A stretch of DNA of 64,000 bases from Sphyrna mokarran (GCA_024679065.1 JAGIQG010000006.1:58156001-58220000); one strand, 5' to 3'. Shown: positions 51,787 through 64,000, numbered from the stretch's first letter. Translations and numbers: made by a program. The notes: generated from the letters alone by a model not told the origin.

Positions 51787-52462
51787 GGGGCGATCTTATG
51801 AATCAGATTTGAAGTCCAGGACAAATGCGTAAAGGGGCCTAGACAACCCGCCCAACCCCAACTTGCCTGGACTGATCGCTCCCTCCCCCCCACCCATCAC
51901 AACTGCAGAGTGGCAGTGGGCCCCCCCTCCCTCGTCCACCAATCACAACTGTAGTATACTCAGTGGTTGTCCCTCATCACCACTGATCGGCCCATCCTGA
52001 TCTGGTGCCACTCCTTGGCTCTGCCCAGTGCTCAGAGGGCACTGTCAGTGCTCAGGATGCCAGGCTTGCACTACCCAAGGGGCACACCCCCAGTCCTTTT
52101 GACCTCCCTCAGGTGGTGTCCAGTTCTATTGATGATGCCATTATGTCTGGTCTCCTTTGCTGGGGACCAGCTGTGATTCTCACTGGAGAGGACCTTCTTC
52201 CAGCAAGGCCACAGAGGCAACTGAGCCTGGACAGTTGCGTCCTGGCTTAATAATTTGATTTGAATTATATTGAAATTAGATTTAAATAATTTATTCAGAC
52301 TCATGTCAGAAATGGGCATGAGACTGACCTCAACGGATATTGGATGCTGGTAAGGTTGCGAGAGGCGTGAAATCGAGCTCAAACTTGTTTTCTTTGCTCT
52401 TGTGTGATCTTACTAGCTCACCCCACCCATCAGCCAGTAGGCCGCAATGATAAGATTGTCCC
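51787..52462. mobile_element. GC-rich MITE-like element with imperfect terminal inverted repeats
   Basis: ggggcgatctta at the start and taagattgtccc at the end (10 of 12 complementary). Confidence 0.6.
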
Positions 52463-53304
52463 ACACAGACTTTTGTTAATGCAATAACATATCAATCAGC
52501 AGAGCTGAAATCTCTTCATCACAAAACAAAATGCTATACAAAAGCCCAGACCAGAGACATTTCAGGCCCTAATGTTTGAATGTTAACCTCTACAATGAAA
52601 ATAAACCTACAAATAGCAAAATTCCAGTTCTTGGGGACCCAGTGTGGTCATTAGAGGTCTGCAATCTAATTGATTGTGGCATCATTACTAATCAGACAAT
52701 CAGAATCTTTCACCAATCCAAAATTTAGGAATAGAGCTGTTAATTCATAAGTATAATATCCCTTTGTATATTGCTTATAGAAAACAGTATTTTGCAAGCT
52801 CTCAAACCATGGAGCGGGCTTCTCCTGATCCAGATAGCTGGTATTTTTTTATATTTGTTTTAATCATCAGTGGGAAGGTGAGAATTGTTTAACGAATGCA
52901 TGTTGAATGTGCTGCTAAATATGCCATTCGCACCACAGAGGAATTCTAGTTTTACACCTGTGTTCACAAATCAATTATTTAAATTAACCTCGACAGACAA
53001 GTAGCTATTCGTCGTGTTATTTATGTGTTAAATAGGGCATTGTGTAAATATATTTATTTCTTTCCATCTAATCATCATGTAATATAATAAGTATTTGTGA
53101 CATGTTTGCACAATTGAACCTATAATTTATTTTTTGCACTATATAGTTAGCACTTCAATTGAATATTACCATATATGTTCATTTAATTCATTTTTTAGAA
53201 TGATAAACTGTTATAACACAAAGAGGACATTTCTCTTAATCTTTTCATCCTCATAAGCAGTTAATTCAATTCCATTACTGAAAGTGATCACTGAAAATGA
53301 CAAT

Positions 53305-53962
53305 GCAGATGGAGAAGATAGTTAAGAAGACATATGGCATGCTTGCCTTCATCGGTCAGGATATTGAGTTTAAAAATTGGCAAGTCATATTGCAACTTTA
53401 AAGAACCTTAGTTAGGCCACATTTTGGAATATACTGTTCAATTTTGATCACCACACTACCAGAATATGTGGAGGTTTTGGAGCGAGTATCACCGAGTATC
53501 GGAAAGATTTACCAGGATGTTGCCTGGTATGGAGGACATTAGCTCTGAGGGAAGGTTGGAGAAACTGGAACGACAGAGATTGAGGGGAGATCTGATAGAA
53601 GTCTACAAGATTATGAGAGGCATGGGCAGAGTGGATAGTCAGAAGTTTTTTCCCAGGGTGGAAGAGTCATTTACTAGGGGGCATAGGGTTAAGATGCAAG
53701 AGGCAAGGTTTAAAGGAGATGTACAAGGCAGATTTTTTACACAGAGAGTAGTGGGTGCTGAGAAGTCATTGCCGGGAGAGATAGTGGAAACGGATATGAT
53801 AGTGACTTTTAAGAGGCATCTTGACAGGTATATGAATAGGATGGGGACAGAGGGATATGGTCCCTGGAAGGGTAGGGGGTTTTAATTGAATGAGGCAGCA
53901 TGGTCGGTGCAGCTTGGAGGGCAAAGGGCTTGTTCCTGTGCTGTAATTTTCTTTGTTCTTTG
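53305..53962 (+). mobile_element. CR1 LINE 3' fragment
   Basis: ORF 53466..53885 is the CR1 ORF2 C-terminus. Same subfamily as 1215-2358. Confidence 0.92.
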
Positions 53963-54399
53963 TATTCAGCATTGTTAAATATTGGTACACCAACAATGCT
54001 GATACAAAAGAAAGTTCAAGTGCTGGAAATGTTGGTCTTTTACGCTTGTATGCTCATTGCAAGTGAATGGATTGCCTGACATAGGTGGAAGATATTAACC
54101 CCAGTATCTAATATTATATTAGAAATGTGAATCGATCTCTGCACAGCTCTGGTTTATCAAGCAAAATATTTATTTTAACTATATTAACTTACTATTCATT
54201 AATAGAATTTCAAACTCTGTCTTGCTTCTGTTCCAAAATGATGCAGTACTTCAGATCAGTTTTTGTTTGCTAAGATCGATTTTAATCGACTTCCGTGATT
54301 TCTGGAGTTTATGTTAGGAAGTTACACTACAAGGAAAATACATATAGAAATACGAATTACCTCTTGTTTAAGGCCTGTGTATGCATTATATTGCTTTAG

Positions 54400-54495
54400 T
54401 GCCATCTCCAGTGGAGCACCAGATCTGTCCTGCAGTGTGTGTACTTATGAAGCTTTCATTTGATGAGGAACACAGACATGCAATGAATGAACTAG
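54400..54495 (+). CDS. apc: APC coding exon 10 (96 nt), (M)PSPVEHQICPAVCVLMKLSFDEEHRHAMNEL(G)
   Basis: Acceptor ttgctttag|, donor g|gtaagg. Phase 1-1 is consistent with the neighbouring exons. Confidence 0.97.
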
Positions 54496-57400
54496 GTAAG
54501 GAACACCAGTCTTGCCTACTTGTTTGAAGTATAAGTACCATATTCTGTACTACTTGATGTATTAAAAATTTGATTGCACCACAACAAAAAGTGAATTACA
54601 CATGCTGTGATATTCTATTATTAGACTCCAAATCAGAGCATCATATATATTTGATTTCCAATATTAATTTTGAGTGTTTTATGATGCTGTACTGAGGGAC
54701 AGAGAGACAGGAAATAGAACAAGGAGTTCTACAGAAATGCACCTTCAGTTACTGTAAAGAATCACTGAAAATTATGAACTTCGTCATCTACACTTGCAAG
54801 CTGCAATTCGAGTGAATTGTTGTTATGTTGTTCTAAAAGAATAACAAAAAAAGTATTGTGCTTTGTGATCTGCTTATGCTGGCTGTTGATACTATAATAA
54901 AATGGTAGCTGGGCTTATTTAGCTAATCATTTTTATATTCTTAAGAAAATGACTTTCAGCTTTACATTTCAATTATCTGATCTATTTTGTTAAAATTCAT
55001 TGTTTTAAAATTGAACTTTGTTTATTGCCATAATCTTGCCTGAACAACATGTTATGCTATTAAGTTATTAGAAATGGCCCTCATCAAGATCTGGCTAGGT
55101 CCCTTTTTAAGGAAACTGGGAAATCCATAACAATCATTGCTTAGATTTTGCAATCAGAAATCAAGAAATGGCACTTGCATTCACCACATATACAATTTGT
55201 GGCTGAATTTTCAGTGGCTTTTGTGTGACTACTGGCTGTCATCAAGCATTTGATCAAACATGGCACCCTCTACAAGAAATATGTGATGTGTGTATTTAAG
55301 GAAAGCACTATGTGGCAATTCAGATGATCAGATTGAAGAATCCTTATGGAGGTATTCAATCTAAACATGTAAGCATGGCTTAGAATATTTAATTTACTGC
55401 ACAAGCATATACAGAAAGTAAAGTGAGGAAAACAAGATGGGATTAAGAAAGAAAGAGATAAATGCCAAGTAAAACATAAATCCCCTACAACAATTAAATC
55501 CTGGCACATTGAAATTTGCACTAGTAAAAGTACATTTTCAGTACCAGAGAGGTTGTTTTGGAATAATTGAGACACTCCATCCCTTTAAAATCTCACTCTC
55601 GAAGCATTAGCCTTGATTTTTTTTCTCATGTGTTTGATAGATATCTAAAGGGTCAACAAAGTAACTTTGTGTTTTTCTATGGTTGAATATATTGGCATGG
55701 TACTAGTGGAGCACGTCTTTTGGAAAAGTAGACAGCAATTCATTAATTTGTGCATTTAACCGTACATTGTGAAGCTGTTGTCTGATTTACTCTACAATAA
55801 TAGTTAGTGCTGTTTGGCTCGTTAGCCTTGCAGTTATTCTTAAAACAAAATCCAGGCTCATATTCAGATTGCTTAAGAGATCAATGATTCTAAAATAAAT
55901 ACTCCCTGTATTTAATCTAAAACCAAGAACATGCATTTATAATGTCTCTTATCACCCTGGGATGCCCCAGAAGTTTTTAGTCTATAAAGTACTTTAAAGT
56001 ATGGCCTCTGTTAAAATATAGGAAACGTAACTCTTTGCTGACGTATATGTACCTCCCCTAGTTTAGTGATCCCAAAACATCTCATGTTCTATTTACCCTG
56101 TCACAATCCCAAGTACAGACAGAGCAAAGCCTTATATGGTTGGTGCATACCTCTTGGGTAGCCATGGGAACTCCCTTACGAAGACTTTTATGCTTAAATG
56201 GCATGTTGGTTTTCATAGCATTCCCAATCCCAGCTTCTCCTGGTTCCTTATGAGAGTGTCCTATCCAACAACAATTTACATTTACATACTCCCTTTTAAT
56301 GTGTTAATGATCTGGTATATTATGTAAATTTGATGCACTTTTGCATACATATTGCTTTATCATGCAAATTCAGTGGACATCCCAGTTATCTGTTAGTCAC
56401 TTGACAGTAGGGAACATGAGTATTGCTGAGAAAATCTCTTCTCAGAGTGTTATATTCAGAGCTTTGCATTTCGCTGTTTTGAGAGTCTAATCTATTTTTT
56501 CGTGTTTTCTTATAACTATGATATTAGAAGTCTAATTCCTAATATCATAGTTGTAAATTTGCATTCAAGACTTTTAAATATTTAATTTAAAGTTTAATTT
56601 TAAAGTCCAAACAAAGTTCTGTAGAGTTTTGGCATGAAATCTTTCATTTCACACATACTGACTTATAAGTAAGTTATAACAGAATGAAATATATATAGAG
56701 ATTATAGACCTAGGCAATTCTATTTAAATTTTTGTACCTAATGAGAAATTAATTATTTCTAGCACTTATGATTGCACTTGAGATCAAGTCCTCTTTACCC
56801 CTTGATATTGAGGAGCTAGACAAGGATGTGTTGTTGAAAGAAGGCAAAATCTGTATTGTAATTGTTGGCATTGAAGTTAGATAAGCAAAGAAGTATAGGC
56901 TATGTATTCGTGAATAAGAATAAAGGAAAGAGTGAGAGAATAGTGAGCAAGGTGAACATGGATTGGATGCAGAATAATCTTTCATAAAAAAGAGGTCAAA
57001 GGCTTAAAGAGGCTTAATAGCAAGACAGCATAGGTTTGATTTCATGATCGGAGGGGCATACTCCAATACAGCTGTGAATTTGGATCAAATATGGATATGT
57101 GATGTCTTCGGGTTGATGAGTTGTAGCAGGTTGGGGGTTGAAATGGTCAGTTAAGGAAAATACAATGGGAAGAGATTCGGCTAACTAAAGTAGGATAAAA
57201 CGTAACTATAGGGTCAAGATGGCTGAAGCAGAGACAAGCGCTGGCAGAAAGTTTTAATTGATTCACAGGAGTTGCTGGTATGGCTAGCATTTATTGTCCA
57301 TTCTAAGCAAAAAGTGGCGTGCAAAGTTACTTCAGCAGGAAGTTATAGTCAACCATATCAAGTTGGTCCTAAGTAACATACAGGCCAGACCTAGGAAGGA

Positions 57401-57984
57401 CAACTTGCCTTCCATAAAAGGCATTAATACATTTAGATCAATATGGCAGTTTTATAGTTATATTTATTGATGCCAGCTTTTTATTTTTAGATTTTCTTTA
57501 AACTGCATTCAAAAGGTAATGGTATGATTTAAACTCATTATCTGCATTACAAGGACAGGCATTCCTAAATCAGCCCACCATATTACTATAATAAAAGCAA
57601 AATATTGTGGATGCTGCATGCTATATTTATTATCAGTCCATGAATAGGCAAGACATTGAAAAAAGGGAGGTAGTAGGATTTGGGGTCAACAACAAGATTC
57701 AGGTAACCTGGAAGATGGAAACAGGCAGAAAATGCAACATTACACTATTTAGTCCTTCCCTGCAAGATAAACTGTGGTTCTTCTGGTCTGGCCCACGTGT
57801 GACTTCAGTCCTATCTCAACATGGTTGATTATAATTTCCCTCTCAAGTAACTTAACAAGCCACTTTGTTCTAATAAGCTGCATAACAAAGGAAATAGTGA
57901 GGATTTTAAACCAATGGTGAATCAGAATAAAGGCAAGACTGGAGAGAAAGATATGAATGTAGGAAATGATAAACACGGATACTT

Positions 57985-58712
57985 GCTCTTGCCTTTATTA
58001 GCCGAGACATAGAATATAAGAGATTGGGGTGTACAAAATTATGAAGGACATAGGATAGATAGGAAGAAACTTTTCTCTTTAGTAGAAGAGTCAATAACGA
58101 GAGTTATAAATTTAAGATAAGGGCCAGATTTAGTGGGGATTTGAGGAGAACGTTTTCCTCCCAAAAGTTGGTGGGAATTTAGAATTCACTTACATTTCAG
58201 TTGTATAGGAATCCGGTGAGATCACAAATGGAGTACTGTGTAAGTCACCTTATTTAAGGAACTTTGTAAATGAATTGGAAACAGTTCACAGAAGGTTTAC
58301 TAAACTAATACCTGGAATAGACAAATTATTTTGAGGAAAGATTGGACAGGCAGGTCAACTTATATCCACTGCAGTTTAAAACAGTAAGAGGCAACTTGAT
58401 TGAAACATACAAGCTCACAAATGGCTTTGACAAGGTGGATGTGGAGAGGATGTTTTCTCTTGCGTGGGAGTCTTGAACCAGGAGTCACTGTTTAAAAATA
58501 AAGGGTTGCCTATTTAAGACAAAGATGAAGAACTTTGGAATTCACTCCCTCTGAAGACAGTGGAAGCCAAGTCTTCGAATGCTTTCAAGGTAGAGATCAT
58601 TAGAGTCTTGGTAAATAAGGAATTGAAAGGTTATTGGGGTTAGCATGTCATTACAGTGAGATCAGCCATGCTGTTATTGAGTGGCAGAGCAGGCTGAAAA
58701 GTCTGAGTGGCT
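57985..58712 (+). mobile_element. Old CR1 3' fragments
   Basis: Decayed RGNLIETYK...DKVDVERMF sequence and CR1 tail. Confidence 0.7.
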
Positions 58713-59039
58713 TATCTAAATAAGTATCCTGGGTTTTAAGTAAGAATTAGAGCTACCTCAACTGTCACATATGACCTCAGGGACGTTTAAATCATGAAAC
58801 TACAAATAAACAAGTTAAACTGAAATCCTTAGAACGTTCGTATTCGGGTGTATTCAGTTCCCAAGCTGAAGTCATACGTTCTGTCTTTACACTTATATAA
58901 AATCTGGGTCAATTTGAAAAGCAGAGCCGGAGAATTGTTTGCAGCATGAGAGTTTCTTCACAGTATAGACCGAGAAGCTGGCAAATGTAAAAATGAGACT
59001 CGAGATACCATCATTAGTGGGAATTCATAATTTCAGAAT

Positions 59040-59920
59040 AACATAGCATGCCCTTTTTTTTTAAACCCCTAAGCTAGTCCCAATTGTCCATATTTGGCTC
59101 ATATCCCTCAATACCCATCTTATCCATGTAACTGTCTAAATCTTTTTTAAAAGACAAAATTGTATCCACCTCTACTACTACCTCTGGCAACTTGTTCCAG
59201 CTAACCATCCTCTGCATGAAAATAATTGCCCCTCTGGACACTTGTATCTCTTCTCTCATCTTAAACTTATGCCCTCTTGTCTTAGACTTTCCTACCTTTG
59301 GGAAACGATCTTGACCATCTAGCTGATCTATGCCCCTCATTATTTTATAGACCTCTACAAGATCACCCCTCAGTCTTCTACACTCCAAAGAAAAAAGTCA
59401 TATCTATCCAGTCTCTCCTTATAACTCAAACTATCAAGTCCCAGTAGCATCCTAGTAAATCTCTTTGGCTCTCTTTCTAATTTAATAATATTTTTTATAT
59501 AATTGGATGACCAGAACTGTATTCCAAGTGTGGCCTTGCCAATGTCTTGTACAACTTCAAAAAGATAATATAGTAAGAAGTCTGACAACACAAGGTTTAA
59601 GTCCAACTGACTTATTTGATAGTAAACTCACAAGCTTTCGAAGTTCCCCTCTTCGTCAGGTGAATGTCACAACTTCAACAAGATATCCCAACTCCTGCAT
59701 TCAGTGTTCTGACCAGCATGCTGAATGCCGTCTTCACGTTCTGTTCACCTGTGCCTCCACTTTCAAGGAACTATGAACCTGTACCCCTACATCTCTTTGC
59801 TCTGTAACTCTCCCCAGCACCTTATCATTAACTGAGTAAGTCCTGCTCTGGTTCAGTCTACTAAGATGCATCACTTTATATTTATCTAAATTAAACTCCA
59901 CCTGCCATTCATCAGCCCAC
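59040..59920 (-). mobile_element. CR1 3' fragment hosting a mini Penelope-terminus insertion
   Basis: ORF 59074..59388 CRRLRGDLVEVYKIMRGID. Colinear with 15000-16290 except at 59568-59668. Confidence 0.9.
59626..59665 (-). ncRNA. Minimal type-I hammerhead ribozyme motif, best-preserved copy
   Basis: Minus strand reads auucac-CUGACGA-a-gagg-ggaa-cuuc-GAAA-gc-UU-gugagu, with palindromic stem III (AGCU). Confidence 0.75.
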
Positions 59921-60548
59921 TTTCTTGTTCTTGTTCTTGTATTTTTGAGTTTGGGAATATTGGAAAAAATTGGTAAATGTGTGTGTATGTATAGTGTGCA
60001 TTTGTAGAGCTTGTATTTGTGTATTCGGAGTAGAGTGATTGAGAACTGGAGATAATTTTCTTGGTCATAAATTTATGCTATTACTGAACACGTTTCAACA
60101 TATGAATAGAATGTATAATGCCAAACGAATTAGTTGCCAGTCTCTCGTAAAAACGTGTCAGGTCTTATTGTTTAATATGATTTGTTCCCATTACATTGAT
60201 AGAAGAGAATAAATTGCTCTCATTCATGTATAAACCTTTCACTTGGAAATGGATTCATAGTTACTTTTTAAGTTATGACCTCTATTGTTACGTCGGCAAT
60301 GAATTTGCGTTCAGCAAGGCCTAACAAGCACTGATAAGGTAAATGACTTGCTTTTAAAGAAATCAGTGCATGAACATTGTCATATTATGCAAGCATTTTG
60401 TTAAAATGTTTATCCATTCCTTTATGAACAAAATGTTATACTGGAATTCTATACTGTGAAATTAATTTCTGGGATGCTGTTTCAAACAATTTTGAATTGT
60501 TATGCACAGACTAAGTTTAGTTTTAACCACTGTTATTTGAATATGCAG

Positions 60549-60688
60549 GTGGTTTACAAGCAATAGCTGAATTGTTGCAAGTCGATTGTGAAATGTATGG
60601 ACTCACTGATGACCATTACAGTGTTACGTTGCGGCGATATGCTGGGATGGCACTTACAAATTTAACGTTTGGGGATGTTGCAAATAAG
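60549..60688 (+). CDS. apc: APC coding exon 11 (140 nt), GGLQAIAELLQVDCEMYGLTDDHYSVTLRRYAGMALTNLTFGDVANK (armadillo repeats)
   Basis: Acceptor atgcag|, donor aag|gtagga. Near-identical to vertebrate APC. Confidence 0.97.
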
Positions 60689-60876
60689 GTAGGAAATTTA
60701 TGATGGAAACTGTTAGATCTTGCATCCTCAACTAGATTTGTTGGTCTTCTTCTGTTACGTTTCCACCAATTTCTATTTCGTTTTAGAATTCTATTATCTG
60801 CAAAAAAATTGCATTTTACTTCTTTTGCACTGTCACTTTAAACAGTACATGTATTATACAGATAGACTGGGCGACA

Positions 60877-61142
60877 TGATGGCACAGTGGTTAGTACTAT
60901 TACCTCAGTGCTAGGGACACAGGTTCGAGTTCTGGCTTGGGTCACTATTTTGCAGAGTCTGCACATTCTCTTTGTGTCTATGTGGGTTTCCTCTGGATGC
61001 TCCAGTTTCCTCCCACATCGACCATGCTAAATTCTTCCTCAGTGTACCCAAACAGGCACTGGGATGTGGCAACTAAGGGATTTTCACAGCAACTTCATTG
61101 CAGTGTTAATGTAAGCCTACTTGTGACTAATGAATAAACTTT
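60877..61142 (+). mobile_element. HE1/V-SINE-type SINE
   Basis: tggcacagtggttagtac, ggttcgagt, V-domain and family 3' end. Confidence 0.88.
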
Positions 61143-61170
61143 ATTTTTATTTTACTTTCTATAAATCAAT

Positions 61171-61385
61171 GAGAAGTCTCGTAACTAGGCTGAAGTCTAA
61201 CAGGTTTACTTGGTAGCATGAGTTTTCGAAGTGTTGCCCGTTCATCAGGTAAGTAGTCACTCAACTTTTGAAGGAGTTGTGCTCCGAAAGATCATTCCAC
61301 CAAATAAACCTGTTGGACTTTAGTCTGGTGTTGTGAGACTTCTTACTATGTCCACTCCAGTCCACCACCAGCATCATCACATCAT
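61171..61385. mobile_element. Fold-back element made of two inverted Penelope termini
   Basis: 61171-61254 is an imperfect reverse complement of 61259-61346. Both arms match 5083-5176. Confidence 0.85.
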
Positions 61386-62186
61386 TATATGAACAAAGTC
61401 ACATTTTGAATAAATCCACTTCAATGAGTAGCTATATTAAAATGTTTGTCAAAATGATTTATGGTTTGGGGCAAGAGATGCAAGAAAAGAAACTATATTT
61501 AATGCAGTCAGTGATAATAACCTGGAATCTGTTGCTTACAAGAAATTTGGAGACAAGGGAAATTGAATGGATACTTGAGGGTAAATAAAATTGTAGAACT
61601 TATGGGGATAAACCAGGCAATGAGACTGACTGAGTGCTGAATAAGAACCAGCATGGATTCAGCAGAGTGAATGGCCTCCTTCTGTACAGTTAAGACTTAG
61701 TGACTCATTTGTGTGGCACAGCAATATTCGCAATTACCAAAGAGTGCTATCAATTCTCCACACTTTTAGTTCTTAAACACAGGCAAGCTAAAATGTCTGT
61801 ATCCTGCTAAAGCAGTTGGTGTCCTTGAATCTGAGAGAAGTGGTGGGACAGCCTTAGAACTTTGGTGAGATTAAATCTGCTGTAATTTCAAAAGAACAAA
61901 TCGATTTTGGAAAGGCAAATTCTATCATAAGTGGCACGTATATAAAGTTGTCTCTTGTTGATTGTGCAGGGTGATCTCCTCTGGTATTTGCAGGGCTGAT
62001 GTCTGCTGCCGAGCTTCTGAAACCACATGTTGTGGCAAATTCCTGCCATAACTGGATGTTTTTGTTTGCTTTGATTGTCAGCTAGAGCATCCACTTGTCG
62101 TGGTTGAAATGTTGAAGCAACATGACATAAAAAAATGAAATTATGTTGATGTCAAAGATGCTTCTGCAATTGTTTTGTCTTCATAG

Positions 62187-62264
62187 GCCACATTATGCTC
62201 TATGAAAGGCTGTATGAGAGCAATGGTAGCTCAACTGAAGTCAGAAAGTGAAGATCTACAACAG
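62187..62264 (+). CDS. apc: APC coding exon 12 (78 nt), ATLCSMKGCMRAMVAQLKSESEDLQQ
   Basis: Acceptor tttgtcttcatag|, donor cag|gtaaga. Confidence 0.97.
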
Positions 62265-62814
62265 GTAAGAATAATAGTTTTTAAACTCTAGTTTCAGTGA
62301 AACAACCTCTGAACAATCTTAAAACAACCTCTGAAAATCACTTTGGGTGAACAAAACCATTTTAAATATAACATTTTTCTAAATACGTTGTGCACCTTAG
62401 ATTATATTAGGGCTACTGTTTTATCAATTTGGAAACAATGGCACAAGTAATAATTGAGCATGTTGGTCATAATCCTATCTTTTATTTGGGGGAAAGTTGT
62501 GCACCAAAACCCTTAAAACTTCTTTTAGTTAGATGGATAGTTTCTCAACCTTTTAATCAAATGCTGCATGGTTTCAGATGTTCATCAATGTATATTCAAA
62601 TCTAATGGTGTGTCATAGCACACTGAAAAATTCTTGCCACCAAGAATTTTTTAATAATTTTCAAGAAGATTGTATTAATGAGAGTCTAATGACCATAAAA
62701 GTCAGTTCCATCTTGTCATATATTGGGAAGGCATGAAAAATAAAATGACAAATGCAGTAACAATTTTTTATCTATTAAATTCTTTTGATTGTCAAACATA
62801 TTTTTCTGTTGTAG

Positions 62815-62931
62815 GTAATTGCAAGTGTACTGCGAAATTTGTCATGGCGAGCAGATGTAAACAGTAAAAAGATATTGCGTGAAGTTGGAAGTGTGAGCGC
62901 ATTAATGGAATGTGCACTGGATGTGAAAAAG
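62815..62931 (+). CDS. apc: APC coding exon 13 (117 nt), VIASVLRNLSWRADVNSKKILREVGSVSALMECALDVKK
   Basis: Acceptor ttttctgttgtag|, donor aag|gtatca. The gene continues beyond the window. Confidence 0.97.
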
Positions 62932-64000
62932 GTATCAGAATTCTTCCTCAAAAATCAACAATACAGCTACGTCCATTCAGAATGTTCACATGAGACTTTT
63001 AAACTTCAATGCTTGTGTCATTCTCTCTATTTAAAATTTAAGTTGAATTTATTGGCATGAACTTCAATAAAACTGCTCTTTTTATATAAAATAATCATTT
63101 TGTGACTGATCCTGTAAGAATGTGTATATGATTCATTTGTCACATCACTTAAAGTTAACAAAGTTATAAAATGTCTTAAAAGGGTAGGTAGCAAAAGATT
63201 ATTTTCCATTGTTTTTGCATCATTAACAAGATCACATGGATGCAAGATGATTATTAAAAGAATGCACGTGTTACTTGAAGAAATTTTTACAACTATTATT
63301 AGGGCCTTATATAATTGTTAGCACAGGTGATGTTTAAATATAATTTAAAACAGAAATTGGTAAGCGTTTAAATAAGAATATAAAACGGTACAGGAAATAA
63401 CCAGGCAAAGAGACTAATGGAGAGAGTCCCGTTGGAGAGACTGCACAGACAGGATGATTCAATTGGATGCCTCTGCTATGAATTCTAAAACAGCGACTTG
63501 CGTGGGGAAAATATTTGAACACTTGATTATTTGCAAGTTCCAGCCAAAAGTGTTTGCAGCATCATTTTCACTCCAAGTGCTTGTATTTACTCCATAAGAC
63601 CATCTCAAAATGGGAGTTCATGTTGAAACATGGGGTTAAGAATTTTTAAGCTCTGAAAATCAGATGTAATTATCTTGATATCTGAATTCTAGTTAAGCAG
63701 ACACTCCAAAATCTTACAGCCTTAACCATCCTGAGTTGCAAATCTTCATGCTTTATTGTTAGTTTCTATAAATAAGGTAAGCATTTACTAGGATCCCATG
63801 TCTATACCTTATTTGATGAGATAAAAGAATAAAATAACTCCGGTTCACTTGAAAATCTGAGAAATGTCATTTTCTATCTGAACTCTCTCTTGTAAATTGA
63901 AAATCAATATTGCAAGAGAAATATTTCAAAAGTGCAAACTTATGATTCATAAAGAATACATAATATTTAGAACTTGGAAACGAGCTGTGCCACGTATTGG

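Noticed and set aside
54496-60548. Orthologue of the mammalian alternative exon 10A (54 nt)
   Set aside because: I found no AG...GT-bounded 54-nt segment with recognisable similarity by eye. Absence is not proven.
1-64000. Prokaryotic systems (CRISPR arrays, operons, defence islands)
   Set aside because: The DNA is a spliced vertebrate gene with LINE/SINE-filled introns. No regularly spaced repeat-spacer array is visible.

Overview
Eukaryotic (vertebrate) genomic DNA, almost certainly a cartilaginous fish. The repeat content is shark-like: CR1 LINEs, HE1/V-SINE-type SINEs, Penelope-like elements and Rex/Babar-like LINEs. The whole window lies inside one + strand gene, the adenomatous polyposis coli tumour suppressor (apc). 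Eleven consecutive coding exons (classical exons 3-13, about residues 74-581 in human numbering) have GT-AG boundaries and a continuous reading frame (1526 nt). Exon sizes match human APC as I recall them, except exon 7 (+3 nt). The introns, two of them 16-18 kb, are dense in decayed and nested retroelements, and nearly all ORFs in the supplied track are TE debris or chance ORFs. The most notable non-coding signals are: (i) several minimal type-I hammerhead ribozyme motifs carried by Penelope termini, including a ~100-bp stand-alone insertion with a target-site duplication and a fold-back element with two opposed motifs; (ii) a ~510-bp inverted duplication in intron 7; (iii) candidate alternative splice sites, including an in-frame 24-nt extension of exon 8 and the exon 9/9A internal acceptor. 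TE boundaries are approximate. Family names come from motif recognition, not database searches.
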